A stretch of DNA of 64,000 bases from an uncultured delta proteobacterium (GCA_963792965.1 CAWBYW010000013.1:128001-192000), one strand, 5' to 3'. Positions 51,406 through 61,799 are shown, counted from the first letter of the stretch. Numbers and translations are program-made. Notes: generated by a model from the letters alone, not told the origin.

Positions 51406-52365
51406 GTGGCCGGTCTTATGGAGATGAGCCTGCAAACCATCGTTACTGTCGTCGGCATCGCCGCCGCGGTTGTCATCGTCCTTAATCTCATCGCCTCTTT
51501 TGTGCTGTCGGTATACCTGTGTCGGCCGAAAAAGAAGACCTACCTCGACGACTACTTCTTTACCCCGTTTGAGACGGGCGTCCCCTACGAGTCCGTTTCA
51601 TTTCAGACCAAAGACGGCGTCGGCCTCTCGGGGTGGTGGCTTGCCGGCACGGGGGACCGGGTGGTAGTGGGGTTAACGGGCAGGGGAGGCATCAAGTCTG
51701 AGCTATTGGGGGTGGGAAGTTTTCTTGCCAAGGCCGGCTTCCATGTCCTCCTCTTTGACTTCCGGGGGAGGGGACAGAGCGAGACGGCACCGATCGGCAT
51801 GGGGGGCCGCGAGGTGACCGACGCCCTGGCGGCGATTGATTTTGTATACGAAAAACTACCGTCGGCACGCGTCGGGCTCATCGGTTTTTCGATGGGGGCG
51901 ACCGTCGCGATCCTCACGGCGGCGGCCGATCCAAGGGTTACGGCCATCGTCCTGGATTGCCCCTATCATAACGCGGGCGATCTTGTCCGGACAAGGCTCA
52001 GGCGCTTCTTCCCCATAACCCGTGCCGTCTTCATGCGCAGCCTGACGAGGATGTGGGCCCGCGTCCTGTTCGGGTATGACTTCGGGGGGATTGAGGTACT
52101 CTCCCGTGCGGCACGCCTTACGGTACGGGGTGCGCTTGTGATCGTCTCGGGAAAGGACTCGGTCGTGCCGCCCTCCCAGCAGCGTCGGGTCTTCGAGGCA
52201 CTCCCGTCCCCGAAGGAGCTCTGGGAGGAGAGAGAGTCCGATCATTGTGGGACCTACTTTTTGGACAGGGAGCGATACGTCCGGCGGGTTATCGAGTTTT
52301 TCAACGGGACTCTCGGCCCGCAGACGGACGGGCGCCGGCCTCGGGGTAACGGCCCCGCCCGATAG
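51406..52365 (+). CDS. Alpha/beta hydrolase with N-terminal TM
   Basis: FDFRG.G.S, GFSMG nucleophile elbow, D..VP, catalytic His in SDH. Confidence 0.85.
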   Translation: MAGLMEMSLQTIVTVVGIAAAVVIVLNLIASFVLSVYLCRPKKKTYLDDYFFTPFETGVPYESVSFQTKDGVGLSGWWLAGTGDRVVVGLTGRGGIKSELLGVGSFLAKAGFHVLLFDFRGRGQSETAPIGMGGREVTDALAAIDFVYEKLPSARVGLIGFSMGATVAILTAAADPRVTAIVLDCPYHNAGDLVRTRLRRFFPITRAVFMRSLTRMWARVLFGYDFGGIEVLSRAARLTVRGALVIVSGKDSVVPPSQQRRVFEALPSPKELWEERESDHCGTYFLDRERYVRRVIEFFNGTLGPQTDGRRPRGNGPAR

Positions 52366-52787
52366 AGCCGTCGCCCCCATTAACTGTGCTACCCACAGCT
52401 TCCTTCAGGCATTCGGAAGATGTCTCATGCGGCGTTGCATGTTGCGCTTATGCAGCAATCAACGTGCGGACCACATTGTCCGATTCAAGCATACGGTTAC
52501 TATAAGTAATTGATATCAATAGAGTTTTTTCCCTCGCTCGATTCCGCCCAAAATCCGAGTATTATATTTTGTATATATTTCAACACGCCGGCACGATGAT
52601 GCAACATCACTTACCGATGCGCCCAGGAACCGCATTTTTGACCAAAAAAAGAAAGAAACGGGGCAAAAAAGACCCCAAAACCGCCCAAATTGCCGCGTAT
52701 CATTTCTCATAAATCCCATTGTTGGCATATATGTTGCTTACTCCTTAAGCATGAGTGCAAATGCTTCATCGTTTTGAGGAGTATGAC

Positions 52788-53051
52788 GTGAAACTGATCA
52801 CCGACCACCACCAGGCCCGACGGCTCGCGCGGACGATCATCTCGGATATAACGATCTACAATAGTAAGAAAATCAAGGAAGGCCTCAAGAATGATAACCT
52901 CTTTGATCTCTTAAGAAAGGAGATAGAGCAGGGCAGGAGGGTATACGAAAGCAGGGTCTCCCCGGACATCACCGAGGCGGGCAGGTTCTATGATCATGCG
53001 ATTGTCGACGTTATGCTGATACAGTCCATTGACTCCGAAAGCAGGATTTGA
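52788..53051 (+). CDS. Small conserved protein resembling Myxococcus RomX
   Basis: ARRLAR.I.SDI..YN...I..G...DNLF..L..EIE.GR..Y.SRV pattern, 87 aa from GTG after GAGGAG. Recognised from memory, not by search. Confidence 0.6.
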   Translation: MKLITDHHQARRLARTIISDITIYNSKKIKEGLKNDNLFDLLRKEIEQGRRVYESRVSPDITEAGRFYDHAIVDVMLIQSIDSESRI

Positions 53052-53126
53052 TTCGGGCAAAGTTCAGCCTTTGCTATATGAACACGAACCATCCGTATGA
53101 GGGTGCTGTCATTTTGAACATCATGA

Positions 53127-54542
53127 ATGATCTTGTCAGAAAAACGGAATACTCACGACATCCACTTGGTCTGGGACGACATGACGACCTATAACGATAT
53201 CGGCGCGGCCGTTTTCCAGCAGTGTCCTGAAGGGATCGTCGTCCTGAACGATTCCGGGGTCCTGTCGGCCAACGAAGCGTTTGCGGCCCTGGTGGGGTAC
53301 GGACCGGAGGAGATCATCGGTCGGCCGTTGGATGTCCATCTGATACCCGAGGGGTCCGGCAGGTTCACGAGACTATGGACGAGAGTCCTCTCCCACGATT
53401 CCCCGGAAAGATGTAAGACGTCACTGATTCATAATGACGGCCGCAGGATCGAGGTTGAATGTCTTCTCAATCCGGTCGTCTGGGCCGGTGACGCGGCCGC
53501 GCTCATCTTTTTCCGCGAGACCGGCAGACTCAAAGAGATTGAAGAACAGCTGAAGATGACGACCGATAAATTGTCCTTTTTCAGCAAATGGGTGAAGAAA
53601 AACACCGCAGAGATCATAGAAATGAACAGGCGGCTGAACAGTGAGATGAAGAAACGCAACGCCGCCGAGAAAATGAGGGATGAGAGCGACGAGCGGTTCC
53701 GCGCCATGGCGGAGGTGATCCCCGAGGTCTTCTGGATGTATTCTCACCATGAGAAGAAACTGTTATATGTCAGCCCCGCGTTCGAAAAGATATACGGCCG
53801 TCCCTCCGACGAATATTACCGGAACCCCGAATTGTGGTTGCAGGTCGTCCATCCGGACGACGTTGATTTCGTGAGAGAGTCCCTCGATAACCATTTCGGA
53901 AAAGAGCGGGAGGTGGAATACCGGATTCTTCACCCCGACTGGTCGATTCGCTGGATTCGTGATCGGATATTCCCCATCAAGGACGATCAGGGAGAGATCG
54001 TTCATATCGTGGGGTTCTGCGAAGACATCACCGGCCGAAAGCACCTCGAGGAAGAGCTCAGATTATTGTCCATCACCGACGGGCTCACGGGTCTCTATAA
54101 TCAGCGCCACTTCTTCAAGAAGATCGCTGAAGAGATCGAGCGGGCCAAGAGAATTTCTTATCCCTTGTGCCTGATCCTGTTTGACCTCGATAATTTCAAG
54201 CAATATAATGACCTTCACGGTCACCTGAAGGGAGACGACCTCCTCAGGGAGGTGGGGCGGGTGACACAGGGGGTGATCCGTAAAGGCGTGGACACCGCTT
54301 TCAGATACGGCGGGGATGAGTTCGTGATTATCTTTCCCAATATGACCGAGGAGGGGGCCCGGGTGCTGGAAAAGCGTATCAGAGTGGTGATCCAAGAGAA
54401 GATACACGAAATAGGGATCAGCGTCGGAATATCACAGCTAAAAGAGCACGACACCGCGGAGACGTTCATCGACGCCGCCGACAACGCGATGTACCTCGAT
54501 AAGGAGGTCCGCAAGAAGAACAAAGACCTCCCGCCTCCCTGA
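53127..54542 (+). CDS. PAS/PAC-sensor diguanylate cyclase
   Basis: Two PAS domains (VHPDD), TDGLTGLYN, DLDNFK, RYGGDEF. Confidence 0.92.
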   Translation: MILSEKRNTHDIHLVWDDMTTYNDIGAAVFQQCPEGIVVLNDSGVLSANEAFAALVGYGPEEIIGRPLDVHLIPEGSGRFTRLWTRVLSHDSPERCKTSLIHNDGRRIEVECLLNPVVWAGDAAALIFFRETGRLKEIEEQLKMTTDKLSFFSKWVKKNTAEIIEMNRRLNSEMKKRNAAEKMRDESDERFRAMAEVIPEVFWMYSHHEKKLLYVSPAFEKIYGRPSDEYYRNPELWLQVVHPDDVDFVRESLDNHFGKEREVEYRILHPDWSIRWIRDRIFPIKDDQGEIVHIVGFCEDITGRKHLEEELRLLSITDGLTGLYNQRHFFKKIAEEIERAKRISYPLCLILFDLDNFKQYNDLHGHLKGDDLLREVGRVTQGVIRKGVDTAFRYGGDEFVIIFPNMTEEGARVLEKRIRVVIQEKIHEIGISVGISQLKEHDTAETFIDAADNAMYLDKEVRKKNKDLPPP

Positions 54543-54698
54543 TCCGGATAATTTTGGCCGCGCCGACGCTCCCCCGACCGCCCTCTCTATTCCCCGCATG
54601 CGATCTATATCAGGTAACTGTCGCCCGACACACCGCCCGGCCCCCTTTACGGCACGTGGGATGAGGCCGCTGCCCCTATCATACGGGCCCGACGTCAT

Positions 54699-55598
54699 CT
54701 ATCGCGCGAGCGCATACCGGATGCCGCCGTCTCGGCCCACCAATCCGCTTTCGATCATCTCTTCAAGGTGCTTTTCGATCATCTTTCCCTCCCAATAGCG
54801 CAAGAGCGGCGCCGCGTAGGGAAAGGAGCCGTAGATGGGCGCCGCGTCGACCAGCTCCGGGAGGGTCTTCGGGCCCCCTTCGAGGAGGCCGGCGATCTTT
54901 TTCTCGCGCCGGTCGAATACGGCAAGGTAGTGATCAATACCCTCGTGGATACGTTCGGTGATGATTTCGCGGTGGCCCGGTGCAAGGACGCGAATGTCCA
55001 GACCCTTGAGTCGATTCAGTGACTTTTTGAAATCCGCAATGTTAGACTCCCGATGCCCGTACCAGGGTCCGAAAGGGGTCAGGTCGTAATCGAAAGAGAA
55101 GAGTATCCTTTGCCGGGGCTCCCAGAGACAATAGTGGTCCACGGTATGCCCCGGCGTATGGAGCGCGATCAACGTCACCGATCCGAAGGTGAACTGGTCG
55201 CCCTCACGATAGCTCTCGTCGGGCCTCCGGTCGCGGAAATCCATCGTTTTGAGGACCCACTCCCTCCAGTATTCGGCAAGCTCCCCGGGCTCGGCGAAGC
55301 GCTCGGATAAGGCGTGGATATTTCCTCCGGAGTCGATGCCCTCCTCGGGCATATAGATGCGGACCGAGCCGCCGAAGAGCCCGTTTCCCGTCGAGTGATC
55401 GGGATGTCCGTGGGAATTGATGATGGTTTTTATGGTAAAGCGCCTCCTGACCTGGGCCAGCGCCTCGGGGCCGCACCCGGTATCGAGAAGGACGGCGGAG
55501 CCGCTGCCGTCCTCGATAACGAACGAGTGGGAGTAGGGAAAGCGGCCGCCGTTCTTCCCGTGGACGAGAGTGATCGAATCGCCTATCGGCTCAAACAT
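54699..55598 (-). CDS. MBL-fold metallo-hydrolase
   Basis: LDTG, SHGHPDH, TPGHT, PGH. Confidence 0.88.
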   Translation of the reverse strand: MFEPIGDSITLVHGKNGGRFPYSHSFVIEDGSGSAVLLDTGCGPEALAQVRRRFTIKTIINSHGHPDHSTGNGLFGGSVRIYMPEEGIDSGGNIHALSERFAEPGELAEYWREWVLKTMDFRDRRPDESYREGDQFTFGSVTLIALHTPGHTVDHYCLWEPRQRILFSFDYDLTPFGPWYGHRESNIADFKKSLNRLKGLDIRVLAPGHREIITERIHEGIDHYLAVFDRREKKIAGLLEGGPKTLPELVDAAPIYGSFPYAAPLLRYWEGKMIEKHLEEMIESGLVGRDGGIRYALAR

Positions 55599-55609
55599 CG
55601 GCTCCCCTC

Positions 55610-56377
55610 CTATTGACAAGCCGGACAGACGGCAATGCACTTGAAGCAGTGATAGTGAAAGCCGATGAACTGAGCCTGATAGATCGGGAGCAGCGCCGGA
55701 TCGCGCAGGAGCGCCTTCTGTTCGTCAGGGGTCGCCCCGATGAATTTGCTGAAGTACTTGATGGTCCGCATGATGCCATAGGGCTGGGAGCATTTGAGAC
55801 ATTTGATCATGTCGGTCTTTCCCTCCTCGGCCAGCGCCCCGGCGGGGCAGCCGTCCACGCACAGGCCGCAGTCGGTGCAAAGCTCGTCCGTAACGGGCGG
55901 GTCGGAGGCGAGCGGAAGCTCCGTCAGGACAGCAGCGAAAATGATCCGAGAGCCATACTCGGGGTTGATGATGAGGTTATGCCGGCCGAACGCGCCCAGC
56001 CCCGCGGCGGCGGCCGCATGCCGAAGCGATACGTCAGCACTCATCCCCATCACCGGCGGCTCCATGTTCAGGGGATAGGAGGGGGCGATCGGGGCCGCCT
56101 TGGTTTTCGTCCGCTTCTCGATGAATCGGGCGACCAAATAGCCGTTCGTCCGCGAGAGCTCCATTTCCCCGAGGCGGGATGTCATGGCGATACGGGTGTT
56201 TTCGCTCTCGACGGCCCCGTCGTTCCCCCGATAGCCCAGCACCACGAGCGACCTCACGCCGGGCAGGATTGTCGAGAGCTCGGGAGTGCGGGGCGACGCG
56301 TAGTCGGCCGCGGCCGCAAATCCGACCACGTCGGCCCCGATCTCAAGGGCGTAGCGTCTGATCTCTTCCTTTTCCAT
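55610..56377 (-). CDS. Epoxyqueuosine reductase (QueG)-like 4Fe-4S protein
   Basis: GADVVGFA, SLRHAA..AGLG..G..NL...YG, CTDCGLCVDGCP, CFKCIAVCP. Confidence 0.8.
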   Translation of the reverse strand: MEKEEIRRYALEIGADVVGFAAAADYASPRTPELSTILPGVRSLVVLGYRGNDGAVESENTRIAMTSRLGEMELSRTNGYLVARFIEKRTKTKAAPIAPSYPLNMEPPVMGMSADVSLRHAAAAAGLGAFGRHNLIINPEYGSRIIFAAVLTELPLASDPPVTDELCTDCGLCVDGCPAGALAEEGKTDMIKCLKCSQPYGIMRTIKYFSKFIGATPDEQKALLRDPALLPIYQAQFIGFHYHCFKCIAVCPACQ

Positions 56378-56408
56378 GGTATGCTCCGTTAATTACTCTT
56401 ATGCAATA

Positions 56409-56426
56409 TAGTTGTATACGAGTGAT
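56409..56426. promoter_or_regulatory. Putative MarR operator upstream of the QueG-like gene
   Basis: TAGTTGTATACGAGTGAT matches the site at 56877-56894 (minus strand) at 14/18 positions. Confidence 0.5.
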
Positions 56427-56440
56427 CGAGTCAAAAAAAA

Positions 56441-56857
56441 TCATCCGGCCGCGCGGATCACCGCCAGGAACCGCCTGAGCGCGTCCTGATCGGGTTGGGA
56501 CAGATCCTTGAGGAACACGCGGTTGGCTTCCCCTACAAGGATCGACATCTTGCCGGCGGTTTCCTTCCCTGGGCCGGTCAGGGCCACGAGGATCGCGCGG
56601 CGGTCGTCGGGGTGCTCCCGCCGCACAACGAGGCCCTGCGCCTCGAGCCGATCTATGATGCCGGTGAGCGTGGCGCTATCAAGCTGCGTCTTTTCGCCAA
56701 GGTCGCGAGAGGTCATGGGGTCCGCGTCAAGAAGGAACATCAGGGTCATCGCCTGGACGGCGGTCACGCCCAGCGGGGCGACTTGCTGGCCCCAGTACCT
56801 GACGGCGGATTGGCTGGCCTTGGCAAGCTGAAAGAATATGCAATCGGAAGGTTTCAT
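56441..56857 (-). CDS. MarR-family regulator
   Basis: LDSATLTGIIDRLE..GLV.R....DRR...V.LT..G. Confidence 0.92.
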   Translation of the reverse strand: MKPSDCIFFQLAKASQSAVRYWGQQVAPLGVTAVQAMTLMFLLDADPMTSRDLGEKTQLDSATLTGIIDRLEAQGLVVRREHPDDRRAILVALTGPGKETAGKMSILVGEANRVFLKDLSQPDQDALRRFLAVIRAAG

Positions 56858-56876
56858 GTATCTCTCGGTCTCTCAA

Positions 56877-56894
56877 ATTGCTTGTACACAACTA
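56877..56894. promoter_or_regulatory. Putative MarR autoregulatory operator
   Basis: Near-palindrome ATTGCTTGTACACAACTA between the marR start and an upstream minus-strand TTGACA. Confidence 0.5.
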
Positions 56895-57091
56895 AATTGT
56901 ATACTAACCAAAGGACGCGTTGTTGTCAAGACTTTTTTTGACAGGTTAGAAGGCGGTTGTCTCGAATAGGTCTCGGACAGGCTGTTACTCCGCGGAGCAC
57001 CGATACGACTTCTCACGTTCGTCGCCGGTCATCGGCAATGTGGGCGTCGCCTGAGACGGACACCGTCAATGGAGTCGTTGAGGGAACCGGG

Positions 57092-57661
57092 TCATACGCA
57101 GGTGGTGACGGGGTTTCCGCAGTGCGAGTCGGGTCCGAGCCACCCCTCGGTGCCTTGGTATATGACCTTTACCCACTCGCCCCGGCACCCGTCGATGGGG
57201 AGCTCGATCTCATCGGGAAGTCTCAATACGACCGGGGACGAGGAATCCGGGTCTCTGTAGAGCGGGCAGGAGAGGTTGGGATATATGCCGGTGGCGCGGG
57301 TGCGCAGTCCTAAAAGGGGGCCCCAGACCCACCCGGAAATGTTCAGGGTGGCGTCTTCGGTTTCGCCGTTATCCGCGAAGATATAGGCCTGTCCGATCTG
57401 CATCCACTGGCCCATAGATCCGATGATCGTGACCTCGACGTCTTGCGTGGTGGGGAGGGTGGTGACGACGCGGTATTGATCACCCGGCCCCTCCCGGACA
57501 TTGAGACCCTTGGGGTCGGTGTCGATGATGTAGGCGGTTATGTTGCAGGGGACGATCGTCGGCACGGGGGGCTGTGCGGCGGCGGCAGGGGGAGCGAAAA
57601 GGGCCGCGACGGCGAGCAGAATAATGAAGGGGATGAAACGGGTGAATTTCTTAGGGCTCAT
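57092..57661 (-). CDS. Exported protein with SH3b-like domains
   Basis: Signal peptide from MSPKKF; LNVREGPG..Y, GWV, W.KV...GTEGWL. Confidence 0.75.
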   Translation of the reverse strand: MSPKKFTRFIPFIILLAVAALFAPPAAAAQPPVPTIVPCNITAYIIDTDPKGLNVREGPGDQYRVVTTLPTTQDVEVTIIGSMGQWMQIGQAYIFADNGETEDATLNISGWVWGPLLGLRTRATGIYPNLSCPLYRDPDSSSPVVLRLPDEIELPIDGCRGEWVKVIYQGTEGWLGPDSHCGNPVTTCV

Positions 57662-57868
57662 CTTGTCCTCACCTCTCACTATGACTCTATTAGTATACCG
57701 TATTCTTGCCGTTCTTGCCAGGGGGAGCCGCGACAAAGAAGATGTCCGGGATCGCCGGCGAGAGCTCTCACGTCGCGCGTCTCCGGCTGCCCCGGTCCAG
57801 ACGTCGGGCCGAGCGGACGATCGGGTCGGCAGCGGCAATCGACTATATCGGCGCCGGCCTATTGTTCT

Positions 57869-58633
57869 CTATTTCTTTGTCCACCGGTATCCACTCAACG
57901 CCCACAGCACCACGTTGGTCCCATAGAAGACCCATACGAGGCGGAACATGACCTCGGAGAGGGTACCCATCCCGAGGTTGAAGATCTCGCCGGTGATCTC
58001 GGTGGCAAACCAGCAACTCGCCGCTATGGCGACCATCCAGGCGTTTGCCCTCGGGTAGAGTCTATAGCGCACCGTCTCCCACGCAAACCACATCGTGGTG
58101 CAAAAGAAGGCCGTATAGATCGGGCCGATGACCGCATGGCCGACGCGGACGATATCGGGCCAGAGGATGACCACGATAACGGCGGCGACCCCGAATATGA
58201 GAACGGGGAGCCAGAGGTCGGTGATCTTGAACTTCTTCAGATACGGTACGCCGTGTGCGAGGCGGATAATCAGGAAGATATGCGCACATATCGAGAGCAC
58301 CCCTCCGACCATAAAGACCCAGGATCCAACCGACAGTGCAGGGCTTACCACCACTATGCTCATCAGCACATCGGTCGGCACCATGCAGAGGAACGCGGCA
58401 AAGAGCAGCCACCAGTCCTTATTGCCGAGACGGTTGTTGCCGATCATCAAGACGAGCATAAGTCCCAGCAGCGTAATGACGGGCTTGGCGACCGCCGGGT
58501 AGAGGCTCGCGGTGCCGTAAAAATAGTTCATCCAGTCCACGCCGAAGATTGATCCGGCCAAGAGAAGAATGGCCCCGACGAGTCCGAGGACCCAGGCGAG
58601 CTTTGCGGCTGCCAAGACCCGACTTTCTTTCAT
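57869..58633 (-). CDS. Multi-pass membrane protein (possibly YhhN-like)
   Basis: About 8 hydrophobic segments; the family assignment is tentative. Confidence 0.6.
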   Translation of the reverse strand: MKESRVLAAAKLAWVLGLVGAILLLAGSIFGVDWMNYFYGTASLYPAVAKPVITLLGLMLVLMIGNNRLGNKDWWLLFAAFLCMVPTDVLMSIVVVSPALSVGSWVFMVGGVLSICAHIFLIIRLAHGVPYLKKFKITDLWLPVLIFGVAAVIVVILWPDIVRVGHAVIGPIYTAFFCTTMWFAWETVRYRLYPRANAWMVAIAASCWFATEITGEIFNLGMGTLSEVMFRLVWVFYGTNVVLWALSGYRWTKK

Positions 58634-58728
58634 TGCAGTTGCTCCTTAGGAACACGTGGTTTAGAATTAGCGGATGACGGGAGCGACATATCGCGTCCGT
58701 CTCGATATGCCCATGCCTTGAGCCCTGG

Positions 58729-58758
58729 CTCACTCCCCCACCGAGGCGGGGGAGTGAG
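58729..58758. terminator. Hairpin after 58770..59783
   Basis: CTCACTCCCCC/GGGGGAGTGAG. Confidence 0.5.
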
Positions 58759-58769
58759 GTCGGGACGGC

Positions 58770-59783
58770 TTATTTTTTCTTAGACATTTCGGCCACTTTT
58801 TTTGCCACCGCGTCGTTGAACCTCTTGCCCGTCCACCCGACGCTGAAGAGGCACCCACAGTATACGGAGAGGAAGACCACCAGGAACTTGCATACGACCG
58901 CGACCGGGAACGATACCTTTTCTATACCGACCGCCTTGGTAACGACCCCGAACAGTATGCCCAGCGCCGCCCCCATCAAGAGCATCAGGATAAAATAGAG
59001 AAATCCGTTGATGCCCCTGGCCTTGCCCGTATAGGTGAACCTGCCGAGATACATATCCGACAGCGTCGAGGCCGAAAGCCCGAGGAAGGTGAAATTACAG
59101 ACGAACATGAAGGTGACCGCGAAATCCAGGGCCATGGCGGCTGTCGGCACAAGAGAATTCGGATCCTTCGCGACCTCGTGGGAAAAACCACGGTTGGCAA
59201 AGGCCAGGTTGATGATCAGCTGAAAAATGAGCGTGGGCAAGATATAGTGGGCCCAGATGTATTTGGACTTCGAGGCGACCGGTTTTCCGGAGAAAGGTCC
59301 GGCGGCAGCCAGCCCCGAGATGTCGTCATAGATGTAGCGTCTCACGATGAGGGCAAAAGGAATCACAAACAGGAACGATAAAAGGACCGTGACAACCGGC
59401 GAGGGGGTCCAGCCGGCCCCGAAGATGATCGCAGCCATGATAGCGGTGAAGACGACCGCCCCGACGATCCCGAGGGGGGCCGTCCTGCATACCGGCACGT
59501 CGATGGGGGCCTTGGCGGGGGTCTTTTCGTTCTTCTTTACCTCGGCCTTTTCGCTGATCAGCTCTACCCGGGAGGCAAAGAGCGTCGCGCCCGGCTGAAA
59601 GATGATAAACGCGAAATAGACGGTGGCGAGAAAGCCCAGCACCGTGTACGGGGTGTACTCCTTGCCCATGAGGTTAAAGACCAGCAGCGCGCCCAGGACG
59701 ATAAGTACGGCAATGACAATGAAACTGATAATGACCTGTACAGCGAATAATTTCTTGATTCCCATTTTCTCGTGACCGCTCAT
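58770..59783 (-). CDS. Hypothetical multi-pass membrane protein
   Basis: About 8 TM segments; GGAGG RBS. Confidence 0.7.
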   Translation of the reverse strand: MSGHEKMGIKKLFAVQVIISFIVIAVLIVLGALLVFNLMGKEYTPYTVLGFLATVYFAFIIFQPGATLFASRVELISEKAEVKKNEKTPAKAPIDVPVCRTAPLGIVGAVVFTAIMAAIIFGAGWTPSPVVTVLLSFLFVIPFALIVRRYIYDDISGLAAAGPFSGKPVASKSKYIWAHYILPTLIFQLIINLAFANRGFSHEVAKDPNSLVPTAAMALDFAVTFMFVCNFTFLGLSASTLSDMYLGRFTYTGKARGINGFLYFILMLLMGAALGILFGVVTKAVGIEKVSFPVAVVCKFLVVFLSVYCGCLFSVGWTGKRFNDAVAKKVAEMSKKK

Positions 59784-60162
59784 TTACGCCTCCTTTTTTG
59801 TAGGCAACAGACTTCAAGACACCTATTCATCTATGGCGGAAACCGCCCGGTCTCCCCAAATTCGTGCGGCATCTTCTTCATGAATTAACGTCCGATGCTT
59901 CGAGGTTTTGTCGCGTATCCTATGCCTTTTTCAGATCATTTTCAAGGGATAAAAGGAGGGCCGCGCGATTCGCGTACAGGATCGGACCGACAAGCGGCGA
60001 TTGAGTCGCGCCCCGGGACGTATGGGACGGACCTGTCCTCCCTTCATCTTGGATGGTACCGGTATGCCGGCAGGCCCCGGGGAGGAGGGCAAGAACGCGA
60101 ATTGTACCGCAGACAAAATTCTCACGGGAGGCGTATTCTTCTTGCCCGCGTGACGATTATGA

Positions 60163-61391
60163 CTATTTCGCAAATCTCCTCTGGGACGTCGGCACCAGAA
60201 GGATCTTGCCGACGACCTGCATGATGCCGTCGGAGCTTTCCTTGCACGTCTCCTTGACCATCTTGAGCACGGCGCCCGCCGTCGTCTCCTGCCAGAACCA
60301 GTCAACGAGCTGCAGCGTTGGGAGCGATTCGTTGCCAGGCTGGGCCGTGAGGGCCTCGAAGTAGTAGGCCTTGAGGTCGTCCACGGCAAGCTTCAGGACA
60401 TCCGGTAGCGAAAGGTCAGTCTCTCGGGTTTTTTGGGGGACGTACCGACGGCGAAGGGGAAGATAAAATCCACCAGCGCCTCGAGGTCGAGCCCGCTGTT
60501 GCCGACGGTGGTTCGCCCGCGCTTCTTTACCGCCAGATCGTACCACGATCTCATCGCGGCAAACTCCTCGGAAAACGCCGCCCTGAGCCTTTCGGACTCG
60601 GAGAGCTCGCCCGGTCGAAGCGATATCGATATCGGACAAAAGAGGGAGGCGTCATGGGGCGTGGCGGCCGGCACGTCCTCTCCGAAATCCTCGATGATCG
60701 GCCCCTGGGGCGCCTCCAGGAGCCGCAGGGCCGAAAGGAGCACCCGTCTCTGAAAACCGACCTCGTTCGGGACGCCGAGGGGACGCCCGAGCTCGAACGG
60801 CACCCAGAGCGCCCGTGGTGGCCTTATTTGTTCGGTGTGCTCCCGGATCAGGCTGATCTGCGTCGTCGGGACCCCCTCCTCTTCAAAGTAGTGTGCCAGA
60901 CCGCCCACGGCGATCGTGCAGAGCGGTCAAACGGGGATTAAGAGGAGCGCGTTGACGTTATCTTTTTTCAGGATGCCGGCAAGCGTCCGCGCCGCGCCTT
61001 CCATCTGAAGGGGGCTGTTCGCACCCATAAACGAGTAGTGGTAGGCCGCGACGCTCCCGATGATCCGGTCTTTTGCGAGCTCCTTCAGGCGGTCAATCGG
61101 GAAGACAACGTTCCAGTCCTGTTGGAATCCGGTGCGGTCGAAATTCGTGGAGATGTGGGTCATGGTGAGTTGGTCGGCGGCCACGTCGCCGGGAATAATG
61201 CGGTACTGGTCGCCGGGCATGATGGTGAAGGGACGGTCGCCCCTCACTACGAGCCCCGCTGTCGAGATGATCGAAACTCGACGCTCGGAAAGCGGCGGCC
61301 CCGCCGCCCAGGGGGTGGTCGTGTACTGCGGACATTGGAGGTTCTTGAGAAAAGACCGCTCCGGCTCGTGTAGCTGGTCGAGGCGTGCCAT
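60163..61391 (-). CDS. PrdB/GrdB-like selenoprotein (UxxC) with C-terminal extension; Sec TGA at 60927-60929, frameshift near 60430
   Basis: IISTAG, H.....D......D.NVVFPIDRL, YSFMG, then PV-TGA-PLC in frame with ORF 60393..60908 (PPRALWVPFELGRPLG). It continues into ORF 60163..60639 after a homopolymer slip. Confidence 0.8.
60899..60915 (-). promoter_or_regulatory. Candidate bacterial SECIS element
   Basis: Hairpin GAUCGCC-GUG-GGCGGUC starting 11 nt after the UGA. Confidence 0.6.
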
Positions 61392-61655
61392 GGATCATCC
61401 CCGTTTTTCGTGTTTCTGTCAAACAGACGGCGCATCGGACGATGCGCGAACGTTACCTTACATACGAGCACATAACGGGCCGATTGTCAAGAGTTATGAG
61501 CGGGGGGAGCCTAAAGGGGATGTTTAAGGGATCGGACACATAATAGCCGAGAGCGTGACATCACTGACTATATGCACATATAGATAGGCGAAAGGGCAGA
61601 CAACAAGTACCCGTAGATTGCTAAAGATTTACGCAAAGAAAGGGAGGAACATACA

Positions 61656-61799
61656 ATGAACGCAAAAATATTAGTGATGGCTCCGATGCTTCTTCTGTCG
61701 GCCGCGGTCGTCGGACCGACTCTTGCTCTTGCCCTCGATAAGCCGGGAACGGTTGTCGACCCCGCGGACTTTGTCAGCGATACACTGATCATTAGATAA
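61656..61799 (+). CDS. 47-aa secreted peptide, one copy of the 23-aa unit
   Basis: GGAGG RBS. MNAKILVMAPMLLLSAAVVGPTLA|LALDKPGTVVDPADFVSDTLIIR, colinear with 62575..62991. Confidence 0.8.
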   Translation: MNAKILVMAPMLLLSAAVVGPTLALALDKPGTVVDPADFVSDTLIIR

